From Muribaculaceae bacterium (GTDB taxonomy: Bacteria; Bacteroidota; Bacteroidia; Bacteroidales; Muribaculaceae), in contig JAFYSL010000024.1 of the NCBI GenBank assembly GCA_017559355.1, positions 507-64,506 of the forward strand: DNA of 64,000 bases, written 5' to 3'. Below are positions 55,709 through 64,000 of the stretch, piece by piece. The position numbers were made by a program, and so were the translations under genes. The notes beneath the pieces are model-generated. The model was not told the origin of the DNA, did no database searches, and saw nothing but the letters and a program-made list of their open reading frames with translations. Each line of letters opens with the position of its first letter. Within the stretch, counting starts at the first letter, position 1.

Positions 55709-57025
55709 TTATTTCTCACGCATAAATACGCAAATCGGTGTTCCACTAAATTCCCAATTTGCACGAATCTTATTTTCAAGATAACGGCGATATGGTTCTT
55801 TCACCCATTGTGGCAAGTTACAGAAGAAGATAAATGTAGGTACTGGCGCTCCTTTGAGCATTGTTACATATTTAATCTTCACGTATTTTCCCTTGTTTGC
55901 GGGTGGTGGATATGCTGCAATCGCTTCAAGCATCACATTGTTTAGTTGTGAAGTTGGCACAAGGCGAGTGCGATTGTTATACACTTCTACTGCTGTTTCA
56001 AGCACTTTGAAGATGCGTTGTTTTGTCAATGCCGATGTAAAAATGATAGGGAAATCGGTGAATGGTGCAAAACGTTCACGAATCGAGGCTTCATAATGCT
56101 TGATTGCTTCGAGTGATTTATCTTGCACTAAGTCCCACTTGTTGACACATACCACAAGACCTTTTTTGTTGCGTTGAATCAAAGAGAAGATGTTGGTATC
56201 TTGCGATTCAATGCCTCGTGTTGCATCTATCATAAGGATACACACATCTGACGCTTCAATAGCACGAATACTGCGTATTACTGAGTAATATTCTATATCC
56301 TCGTTTACCTTTGTTTTCTTACGGATACCTGCTGTATCTACTAGATAGAAATCAAATCCAAACTTGTTGTAACGAGTGTAAATGCTATCACGAGTTGTTC
56401 CAGCGATATCGGTAACAATGTTACGGTCTTCACCAATGAATGAGTTAATCAATGATGATTTACCTGCGTTAGGACGTCCCACGATAGTGAATTTAGGAAT
56501 ATTTTCCAATTCCTCTTCTACCTCTTCAGTTTCAGGTAATTTCTTCACTATTTCATCAAGAAGGTCACCTGTACCATAGCCACTAACAGCCGATACTGGA
56601 TATGGATCGCCAAGACCAAGGCTATAGAATTCAGGAACATTATACAACCAATCATTAGAGTCAACCTTATTGGCAACCAACATTACTGGCTTCTTTGATT
56701 TGCGAAGGATTTCAGCCACATGGTCATCGAGGTCGGTAACACCATTCATTGCGTCAACAACAAAAAGAATCACATCGGCTTGCTCAATAGCAAGAGCTAC
56801 CTGCTTGTTGATTTCACCTTCAAATATATCTTCAGAGTTTACAACCCAACCGCCTGTATCAACGATTGAGAATTCACGTCCACTCCATTCTACTTTACCA
56901 TATTGACGGTCGCGAGTAGTACCTGCTGTTTCGTCAACGATAGCTTGACGCGTCTCAGTGAGGCGGTTAAACATCGTTGATTTACCAACATTGGGGCGAC
57001 CTACTATTGCTACTAATTGTCCCAT
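55709..57025 (-). CDS. der: ribosome-biogenesis GTPase Der (EngA)
   Basis: Two tandem G-domains (GRPNVGKST and GRPNAGKSS) and a KH-like C-terminus. Confidence 0.95.
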   Translation of the reverse strand: MGQLVAIVGRPNVGKSTMFNRLTETRQAIVDETAGTTRDRQYGKVEWSGREFSIVDTGGWVVNSEDIFEGEINKQVALAIEQADVILFVVDAMNGVTDLDDHVAEILRKSKKPVMLVANKVDSNDWLYNVPEFYSLGLGDPYPVSAVSGYGTGDLLDEIVKKLPETEEVEEELENIPKFTIVGRPNAGKSSLINSFIGEDRNIVTDIAGTTRDSIYTRYNKFGFDFYLVDTAGIRKKTKVNEDIEYYSVIRSIRAIEASDVCILMIDATRGIESQDTNIFSLIQRNKKGLVVCVNKWDLVQDKSLEAIKHYEASIRERFAPFTDFPIIFTSALTKQRIFKVLETAVEVYNNRTRLVPTSQLNNVMLEAIAAYPPPANKGKYVKIKYVTMLKGAPVPTFIFFCNLPQWVKEPYRRYLENKIRANWEFSGTPICVFMREK

Positions 57026-57097
57026 AATTTCTTCGAATTAGATGTTTTTCAATTTTAATTTACAAATATAACTATATTTAAGCGAAAGGCTATTATT

Positions 57098-57988
57098 TTA
57101 GTCCATATATCCAAACGAACGCAATTTATTTTCGCGATTTCGCCAGTTGGGTTCAACTTTCACAAACATTTCGAGGAAAATTCGTTTACCAAAGAATGTT
57201 GCAATATCCTTGCGTGCATCTATGCCTACCTTCTTCAACATTGAGCCTCCTCGACCTATTATGATTCCCTTTTGGCTATCTCGCTCAACATATATCACAG
57301 CCATAATATGTATTGCATCATCACTTTCATCAAATTTTTCTACAATCACTTCAACCGAATAAGGCACCTCTTTATCGTAGTTAAGTAAAATCTTTTCACG
57401 GATAATCTCTGTAACGAAGAAGCGTGCAGGTTTATCGGTCAATGCATCTTTACCAAAATATGGTGGGCACTCAGGTAAAAGGTCTACGATGCGTCCCATA
57501 AGGTTTTGCACATTGAAATGCTCTTTTGCTGATGTTGGGAATATTTCAGCATTTGGAAGACGCTCTTTCCATTTTGTCACAATTGTCACTAAGTCATCTT
57601 GGCCTTTTAATAGGTCAATTTTGTTGATAACGAGCAACACAGGAATCTTCTCTTTTGCCACCTTTGCAAGAAACTCAGCATTCTTTTCGGGATCCTCCAC
57701 CACATCAGTAACATAAAGAAGCACATCAGCGTCGGTAAGAGCTCCTTCAGAAAAATCAAGCATGCTTTTTTGCAATTTATACTTGGGCGAAAGTACCCCT
57801 GGGGTATCAGAGAATACAATCTGATAATCGTCGGTGTTTACAATACCCATAATTCGATGACGAGTAGTTTGAGCCTTAGCTGTGATGATACTCACACGCT
57901 CCCCTACTAAATCATTCATCAAGGTAGATTTGCCCACATTAGGATTACCTACAATATTTACAAAACCTGCTCTGTGTTCGTTTGCCAT
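57098..57988 (-). CDS. era: GTPase Era
   Basis: I chose the ATG at 57988 (MANEHRAGFVNIVGNPNVGKST). G-domain plus KH domain (VERDSQKGIIIGRGG). Confidence 0.95.
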   Translation of the reverse strand: MANEHRAGFVNIVGNPNVGKSTLMNDLVGERVSIITAKAQTTRHRIMGIVNTDDYQIVFSDTPGVLSPKYKLQKSMLDFSEGALTDADVLLYVTDVVEDPEKNAEFLAKVAKEKIPVLLVINKIDLLKGQDDLVTIVTKWKERLPNAEIFPTSAKEHFNVQNLMGRIVDLLPECPPYFGKDALTDKPARFFVTEIIREKILLNYDKEVPYSVEVIVEKFDESDDAIHIMAVIYVERDSQKGIIIGRGGSMLKKVGIDARKDIATFFGKRIFLEMFVKVEPNWRNRENKLRSFGYMD

Positions 57989-58019
57989 AATTAACAATAA
58001 TGCATTTTATACAAAATAA

Positions 58020-58071
58020 ACACGAAAATAGCTTACATCACCTATTCTTTGATGATTTGCTATTTTCGTGT
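58020..58071 (-). terminator. long hairpin downstream of fabH
   Basis: ACACGAAAATAGC ... GCTATTTTCGTGT, a 13-bp perfect stem with an inner CATCA/TGATG extension. On the minus strand it is followed by TTATTTT. Confidence 0.55.
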
Positions 58072-58113
58072 CTAATTATTCGTTTTGAAAGATGATTTTT
58101 ATCTAATTTATTA

Positions 58114-59094
58114 TTAAATATCCCAAATCACATACATAGCGCCCCATGTAAATCCAGCACCAAACGCAGTGAGAATGAGTTTATCGCCTTTCTTAAGTTT
58201 ATCTTTATACTCATCTAAACACAATGGGATAGATGCTGCACTTGTATTTCCTACATGTTCAATATTTACAAGCACTTTTGAAGGGTCAATGCCTGCACGA
58301 CTTGAAACAGCCTCAATGATACGCAAGTTGGCTTGATGTGGGATAAACCAATCAACATCTTCCATAGTCAATCCATTTCGTTTTGCTACCTCCAACGATG
58401 ACTCAAGCATATTTGTAACAGCATGCTTATACACGTTGCGACCATCTTGATGCACAAAATGTTCTTTTGCATCAACTGTTTCGTGTGAAGCAGGTTTTAC
58501 CGAGCCTCCAGCTGGCATATATAGATGTTCAATAAAGCCTTCAACTCGGAATACGCCATCAATAACACCTACATTTTCAGTAGTTGGTTCAACCAACACT
58601 GCAGCTGCACCATCACCAAACAATGGACATGTAGCACGATCGGTATAGTTAATCATTGATGACATCTTTTCAGTTGCAACAACAACTACCTTCTTATACA
58701 TTCCTGATTTAATATAAGCCGTTGCGCTTTGAAGAGCAATAAGGAATCCTGCGCATGCTGCTTGCATATCGTAAGAATAGGCATTCTTCAATCCACAATT
58801 GTGAGCAATAATAGAGCCAGTTGAAGGAAATCGATAGTCGGGATTACATGTAGCACAAAGCAACAAGTCAACATCTTCAGGATTAGTTGAAGTAGATTCA
58901 AGCAATTTCTCAACTGCTTTAGTACCTAAAAATGAAGAACCAGCACCTTCTTTTTTCAAGATGTGACGTTCCTTAATCCCCACTCGAGTAGTAATCCACT
59001 CATCAGTAGTGTCAACCATCTTTGACAACATCTCGTTGTCAAGAATGTCATCGGGAAGATATGATGCAATACCTGATATTCTTGCGTTAACCAT
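58114..59094 (-). CDS. fabH: beta-ketoacyl-ACP synthase III
   Basis: I chose the ATG at 59094 (MVNARISGIASYLP). Active-site context AACAGF, HQAN and GNTSAAS. Confidence 0.9.
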   Translation of the reverse strand: MVNARISGIASYLPDDILDNEMLSKMVDTTDEWITTRVGIKERHILKKEGAGSSFLGTKAVEKLLESTSTNPEDVDLLLCATCNPDYRFPSTGSIIAHNCGLKNAYSYDMQAACAGFLIALQSATAYIKSGMYKKVVVVATEKMSSMINYTDRATCPLFGDGAAAVLVEPTTENVGVIDGVFRVEGFIEHLYMPAGGSVKPASHETVDAKEHFVHQDGRNVYKHAVTNMLESSLEVAKRNGLTMEDVDWFIPHQANLRIIEAVSSRAGIDPSKVLVNIEHVGNTSAASIPLCLDEYKDKLKKGDKLILTAFGAGFTWGAMYVIWDI

Positions 59095-59193
59095 TATGAT
59101 TGGTTTTAATTGACTATTTATATAGCAAAACATCTCCTAAACAATAGCATTTAGGAGATATATATGTTCATAGGGAATCTCCCTGTCGCTTGA

Positions 59194-59379
59194 TTAAACG
59201 GCAGCGTTCTTTTCGATAGCGACTTTACCACGGTAGTAGCCACATTCGCCACATACAGTGTGATATACATGCCATGCACCACAGTTAGGGCAGAGAGCAA
59301 GTGTAGGAGCTACTGCTTTGTCGTGAGTTCTGCGTTTTGCAGTTCTGGTCTTTGATTGTTTTCGTTTAGGATGTGCCAT
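59194..59379 (-). CDS. rpmF: 50S ribosomal protein L32
   Basis: MAHPKRKQSKTRTAKRRTHDKA plus CPNCG...CGECG zinc ribbon. Confidence 0.9.
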   Translation of the reverse strand: MAHPKRKQSKTRTAKRRTHDKAVAPTLALCPNCGAWHVYHTVCGECGYYRGKVAIEKNAAV

Positions 59380-59396
59380 TTTTTTAATATTTATTT

Positions 59397-59924
59397 TTAG
59401 TTGTTTTCACTTAATTCTTTTAGTTTCGCCCAACGTGGATCTATCTCTTGGTTGTCATCATCATTGTCGTCGCTTCCGCCTACTTCAAGTTGATTCAACA
59501 CAGCGTCCATCTCTTGATTACACTCTCCTTCGGGATGAACATGCACCATAGGAATCTCTAACGATACTGTGTCATAAATCAATGATGCTACATTAAAATA
59601 GCTTTCATTTTCAGGAATTTCAATTAGCTCATCCGAGTCATCGCAGTATTCATCGCCATACTTCACCACTACATGGTATTCAACATCAACTGGTTGTTGC
59701 ATCTCGTCAAGACAACGATCACATATTAGAGTCATCTCCCCTTCAATGCTAAAAGTCATATCATAGACATCACTTTTATGAACAACGGTCAAGTTTACAT
59801 TTAAGTCGGCATCTTGAACATCAGGACTTTCCATCTTAGTGAAAAATTCCTTGCCTAAATGATACTCAAACTCTTGAGAACCAATAGGCATACTCTTTAG
59901 CGGTAGCTTAAACTCTGAAAACAT
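59397..59924 (-). CDS. YceD/DUF177-family protein (large-subunit rRNA accumulation protein)
   Basis: Acidic ~175-aa protein directly upstream of rpmF, the conserved yceD-rpmF arrangement. I preferred the ATG at 59924 over the GTG at 59930. Confidence 0.75.
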   Translation of the reverse strand: MFSEFKLPLKSMPIGSQEFEYHLGKEFFTKMESPDVQDADLNVNLTVVHKSDVYDMTFSIEGEMTLICDRCLDEMQQPVDVEYHVVVKYGDEYCDDSDELIEIPENESYFNVASLIYDTVSLEIPMVHVHPEGECNQEMDAVLNQLEVGGSDDNDDDNQEIDPRWAKLKELSENN

Positions 59925-60012
59925 TCCCACTTTATGTTGTTAAAAAACTGCGCAAAGTTAGTTAATATCTTCTATATTGACAACTTTTCGACTAATTATT
60001 TCAATTTTAGAC

Positions 60013-61665
60013 CTATTTTTGATTTATTTTAGGTTCTTTTACCTGTAGTCGAGTACCAGTTTCGTCAATAATCGAACGATGGTATCTTTCGTTATAGCCT
60101 GGGAATTTAGGAGTAACAGGCATTCCGTGAGGAGAACGTTCAAATTTACCATCCTTTTCTCTCTTTACATTACCATCAAGATATTTCACAAAGAGATAAT
60201 CGCCTAATTGTTTGTATCTTTGCACATATTTTTTCGACCAAATATTTGCCAAATCTTGCAATAAGCGCCCTGCAATTTGTGGTGAGAAATCTGACAATTC
60301 ACGCTCAAGCATATTAACATCCACTGCGATTGAGTCTTCTAATGCAGTTTGCACCTTACGTACATCATCAATCATTAACGAGTAGCGTTGGTATGTTTGG
60401 TTTGCTACATAGTTTGTCACCCAAAATGCAGCATCCCACGATAAGTTATACAAATCACCATTACCCACTGCAAATTCGTGAGGCACAGAAGTTACCGAGT
60501 TATAGAATGGAATATATACACAAGTATTTGCGTCATCAACACCAAACCACAAGATTGTTTTCATATAATCGGGTTTATCATTACGCAATTGTGCCACAAG
60601 CGAGAATCCAGTTTGTTGTGTAGCGATAGCACGCTCATGGGTGTATTCAAAACCATCGACCTTATATGTCATTGGGCGCCAACGATAAGGTAAATCAAAT
60701 GGACCAGCACCAATATCTTGTGTCATATCAAGTGGTGTTCCCTCAAAGTGATCACGCATCATGTTTTGCATATCTTTCACACTCACTTTGCGAGTAGGCT
60801 TCACCCACAATGGCAACACCCTACCCTTACCTTCAAGAATCCATGGCAAGTAGATATCCATGCCATCAGCAAAACGATTGTAATAACTCCACACACGAGC
60901 ATCACAACCACGCAAGGCTCCGAAATCGGTAATTGCATATGCCAATGAGAAACTAAAATCTTCATCAATTCCATCAAAGTAACCTTGTTTGCGCGCAAAC
61001 TTGATTACATCTGGCGAATACATACAATTTTGGTTGTCATCCATTGGAAATGAGTGAATACGAGAATGGTTGGCATGGCCTGAAATACAATCATCAGGAA
61101 CTCGCACTGCTACCCACACTGCACCTTTTTCAACCTTACCTTTGCCAATAAGTTCCATAATCCACACCTCATTACCATCGGCAATAGTAAATGACTCGCC
61201 CGAACTTGCATAACCATAATCTTTAACCAAATTAGTCATTACAGTAATTGCTTCGCGAGCTGTTTTTGCACGTTGTAATGTAATGTAAATTAGTGAGCCG
61301 TAGTCGATAAGTCCGTTAGGGTCAACCAACTCTTCGCGACCGCCCCATGTACTTTCAACAATCACAAGACCATGCTCATTCATATTTCCTACTGTGCGAT
61401 AAGTATGAGCTACTTCGGGAATTTCTCCCATGTATTTACCAGTATCCCACTCTACTACTTTACGCATTGCCCCCGCAGGATGATCTGCAGCTGGTTGATA
61501 ATACAATTCACCATAGAGTGTATGACTATCGGCCGCATAAGTAACCAACGCACTGCCATCGGTCGAAGCCGCTTTACCTGCAATAAGTCCCGTGCAGGCG
61601 CTAATCTCTATCGCCGAAGCGATAACACACATCAACAATGTGATGAAAATTGATTTTATATTCAT
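60013..61665 (-). CDS. C69-family dipeptidase
   Basis: The signal peptide ends in the catalytic-Cys context ISACTGLIAGKAASTDGS, typical of peptidase C69. Confidence 0.85.
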   Translation of the reverse strand: MNIKSIFITLLMCVIASAIEISACTGLIAGKAASTDGSALVTYAADSHTLYGELYYQPAADHPAGAMRKVVEWDTGKYMGEIPEVAHTYRTVGNMNEHGLVIVESTWGGREELVDPNGLIDYGSLIYITLQRAKTAREAITVMTNLVKDYGYASSGESFTIADGNEVWIMELIGKGKVEKGAVWVAVRVPDDCISGHANHSRIHSFPMDDNQNCMYSPDVIKFARKQGYFDGIDEDFSFSLAYAITDFGALRGCDARVWSYYNRFADGMDIYLPWILEGKGRVLPLWVKPTRKVSVKDMQNMMRDHFEGTPLDMTQDIGAGPFDLPYRWRPMTYKVDGFEYTHERAIATQQTGFSLVAQLRNDKPDYMKTILWFGVDDANTCVYIPFYNSVTSVPHEFAVGNGDLYNLSWDAAFWVTNYVANQTYQRYSLMIDDVRKVQTALEDSIAVDVNMLERELSDFSPQIAGRLLQDLANIWSKKYVQRYKQLGDYLFVKYLDGNVKREKDGKFERSPHGMPVTPKFPGYNERYHRSIIDETGTRLQVKEPKINQK

Positions 61666-61681
61666 ATCCTTTATATATTAT

Positions 61682-64000
61682 TTATTTTACTTCTACTATT
61701 CTGTCTTTAAATACATACCACACAAATCCTCTCACATTCTCATATCCTGATTTTGTGAGCTTATCCATGTAACCTTTTACTTGTTCCTTATATTTTTTAT
61801 CATCTTCTTCTCCAAACTTATAATCAACCACATCGACTGTTCCTTTGGTGGTCCACACCACTCGGTCGGGGCGAGTAGTTTCAGTAAGAGCATCTATTCC
61901 TATTGGTCTTTCGGTAATAACTCTTGTATATCCTTCAAACCATTGCCCTACTCTGGCATCAGCAAGAGCCGACGACAACGCTTTATACATTTCGTCCAAC
62001 TCCTCTTGAGGTATAACATTGCGATATCCTTGGCGCTTCAATGACAATAACAAATCATCCCGATGACGCACGTTCTCCATCACTTTGTGAAGGAAAATAC
62101 CACGCTCTTGCATGTCGTTCATCATTTCAGCATCTTCCAATCGAACCTTGCTCCAAATATCTTTACGATATTGTGTAAAATATGGAGATGGATTAAGTTC
62201 GTTTACCTTATCTACCGACATCTCCTCCTTATCCTCTTCTCTCCTTGCTATCGTTGGTTTTCCTATCTCAAGGATTTCGCCATTAAATCCATTAAGGGGC
62301 ACATACAACTGGCTATCTACATTGCTTTCCGCTTGTATTCCATCACAGAATGTTTGATCTGCAATCTTAAATACTTCATCCAATTTTTTACTCAGCGCCA
62401 TATTAGAATCCCGACTTCCTATTGGGCAAGTTATACACAATTCATCTACTGCTCGAGTAAATGCCACATATACATTATTCAACGCATCAATCATTTCGTC
62501 TCTTAGATTTGCATTATATTGCTCCTCCAATGGCGAACCCAGCATTGATTTGTCATTTTTTAATAAAAATACTGGTGGAATAATTTTCGTATCAATACCA
62601 CTAATCTCAGAAGAATCAAACCATCTATAGCCCCTTAGGGTAGGGCTTTCTCCAAGCAGCATTTTTGCAAATGGGATATGCACACACTTAAATTCGAGAC
62701 CTTTTGACTTATGTATTGTCATAATTCTCACCGCATCTACATCGGATGACGATGTCAAACCATGGCTTGGTGTTTCATCCCACCATCGCATAAATGAGTT
62801 TACATCACAATTGCCACGAGAGCAGTAATTTATTACTTCATCTTGAAAAGCCGTAACATACACTAAATTATCCTCTATCAAAGACGCATCTTTTTTAGCA
62901 ATAGCCTCTATGATACACTCTACTATAGAAATCAAATTTGTGCAACCACTTTCTTTGACACCATCGAGCAAAACATCGGTATCTGATTCGGGTTCAGCAA
63001 TTGCTTTTGCCAAAGCCTCATCGCCACTCATTCCAGCATTCTTATTTATCAAGAAACGAAATTGTAGTTGATTTAACTTGCGTTTCCTATTTTTTCGAAC
63101 TTCATCACGAATATCAGAAGATAACAAACGCAATGTGTTAATTATAAGTTTTACTACTGGCGACGACTCTATTGTTAAGGCAGCCTCGGTCATAATCTCC
63201 AATTCCGACAAACCTGAATTAGGATCACCTTTCAATCCCATTAGATAATCAACCACCTTATCACCCTCTTTTCCCTTCCGCACAAGGATTGCAATATCCT
63301 TTTGTTTATAACCAGATTCAAGTTGGCGTTTTATATCTGTAGCCAATCTTTCCAACGAAGCATCTTCTCCCTCAAGCATTTCAACCTTTACATATCCTTT
63401 ATGGTCTTTATGCTTGGACGACACTTGTTGTGCTACATTTGAATATATATCTTCAAGTCCAAGATTCTTTGCTAAAGCGGTAAAAAACGTATTGTTAAAT
63501 CGCACCACTTCAGCCGAACTGCGCCAGTTAGTATTTTCTTGAATCATAACACCTCGCTCCTTCGTGCGACCCTCATAATCTTTTGACACTTGAGATTGCA
63601 ACAATGTAGGATCGGCATTTCTGAATCGATAGATACTTTGCTTTACGTCTCCAATGATGAGATTGTCATTATCGTGTGATAAACTTTCCGACACAAGAGG
63701 GCTGATATTTGACCATTGCAAACGAGATGTATCTTGAAACTCATCAATCAAGAAGTGTTTTAATCTCACACCCAATCGTTCATAAATAAATGGCGCCTCA
63801 TCTTCGCTAATAATACGCTTTAATATATCGTTGGTATCCGACAATAATATCATATTATTTTGTTCGCGAAACTGCTTAACATGCCTAACAACATCGCCAA
63901 CTAACCCCAATCGGAATATATCCTTCTGCAACAGTAGTAAATATTTCAAATATGGCACATCTCCTTTAATAAAAGCGTTTAGCTCTTGTCTTAAATATAC
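61682..64000 (-). CDS. UvrD-like helicase / PD-(D/E)XK nuclease family protein (AddA-like), C-terminal ~770 aa; gene continues past the right edge
   Basis: Helicase motifs IMTIHKSKGLEF and YVAFTRA. C-terminal nuclease motif VDVVDYKFGEE. The frame stays open from 63958 to 64000 (hand-checked: ...VYLRQELNAFIKGD-V-PYLK), so the true start is outside the window. Confidence 0.75.
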   Translation of the reverse strand, partial: VYLRQELNAFIKGDVPYLKYLLLLQKDIFRLGLVGDVVRHVKQFREQNNMILLSDTNDILKRIISEDEAPFIYERLGVRLKHFLIDEFQDTSRLQWSNISPLVSESLSHDNDNLIIGDVKQSIYRFRNADPTLLQSQVSKDYEGRTKERGVMIQENTNWRSSAEVVRFNNTFFTALAKNLGLEDIYSNVAQQVSSKHKDHKGYVKVEMLEGEDASLERLATDIKRQLESGYKQKDIAILVRKGKEGDKVVDYLMGLKGDPNSGLSELEIMTEAALTIESSPVVKLIINTLRLLSSDIRDEVRKNRKRKLNQLQFRFLINKNAGMSGDEALAKAIAEPESDTDVLLDGVKESGCTNLISIVECIIEAIAKKDASLIEDNLVYVTAFQDEVINYCSRGNCDVNSFMRWWDETPSHGLTSSSDVDAVRIMTIHKSKGLEFKCVHIPFAKMLLGESPTLRGYRWFDSSEISGIDTKIIPPVFLLKNDKSMLGSPLEEQYNANLRDEMIDALNNVYVAFTRAVDELCITCPIGSRDSNMALSKKLDEVFKIADQTFCDGIQAESNVDSQLYVPLNGFNGEILEIGKPTIARREEDKEEMSVDKVNELNPSPYFTQYRKDIWSKVRLEDAEMMNDMQERGIFLHKVMENVRHRDDLLLSLKRQGYRNVIPQEELDEMYKALSSALADARVGQWFEGYTRVITERPIGIDALTETTRPDRVVWTTKGTVDVVDYKFGEEDDKKYKEQVKGYMDKLTKSGYENVRGFVWYVFKDRIVEVK

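Overview
The window looks like a chromosomal segment of a Bacteroidales (Bacteroidota) genome. This is inferred from TAnnTTTG -7 promoter boxes before many genes, a T9SS C-terminal sorting domain, an frdCAB-type fumarate reductase and the overall gene content. I support about 47 protein-coding genes. I saw no rRNA, tRNA, CRISPR array, transposase or integrase.

Most of the window is housekeeping:
- iorAB-aminotransferase-paaK aromatic 2-oxoacid operon
- glnA, hflX, lpxB, rpsA, metH, rnz, tadA
- frdCAB, der, era, fabH, rpmF, yceD

Accessory content:
1. A type I restriction-modification locus of about 9.5 kb (17657-27113) lies between lpxB and a low-molecular-weight (LMW) tyrosine phosphatase gene. 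Three non-R-M genes interrupt its hsdM/hsdS/hsdR genes: an AlbA_2/Schlafen-like ATPase-type protein, a single-pass membrane orphan and a PIN-like protein. These are tightly or translationally coupled and more AT-rich than hsdM and hsdR. This is my best candidate for an undescribed defence module.
2. An AT-rich block (6467-11025) holds an OMP_b-brl_3-like barrel and an XRE repressor coupled to a TPR-transmembrane-HTH lipoprotein.
3. A TetR/TolC/HlyD/ABC-2 efflux operon.
4. A T9SS-secreted GH73-like peptidoglycan hydrolase with tandem Ig-like repeats.
5. A second barrel protein whose promoter region carries a G8 tract and a perfect 15-bp inverted repeat.

All domain names come from motifs I recognised by eye in the supplied translations. 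No database search was run.
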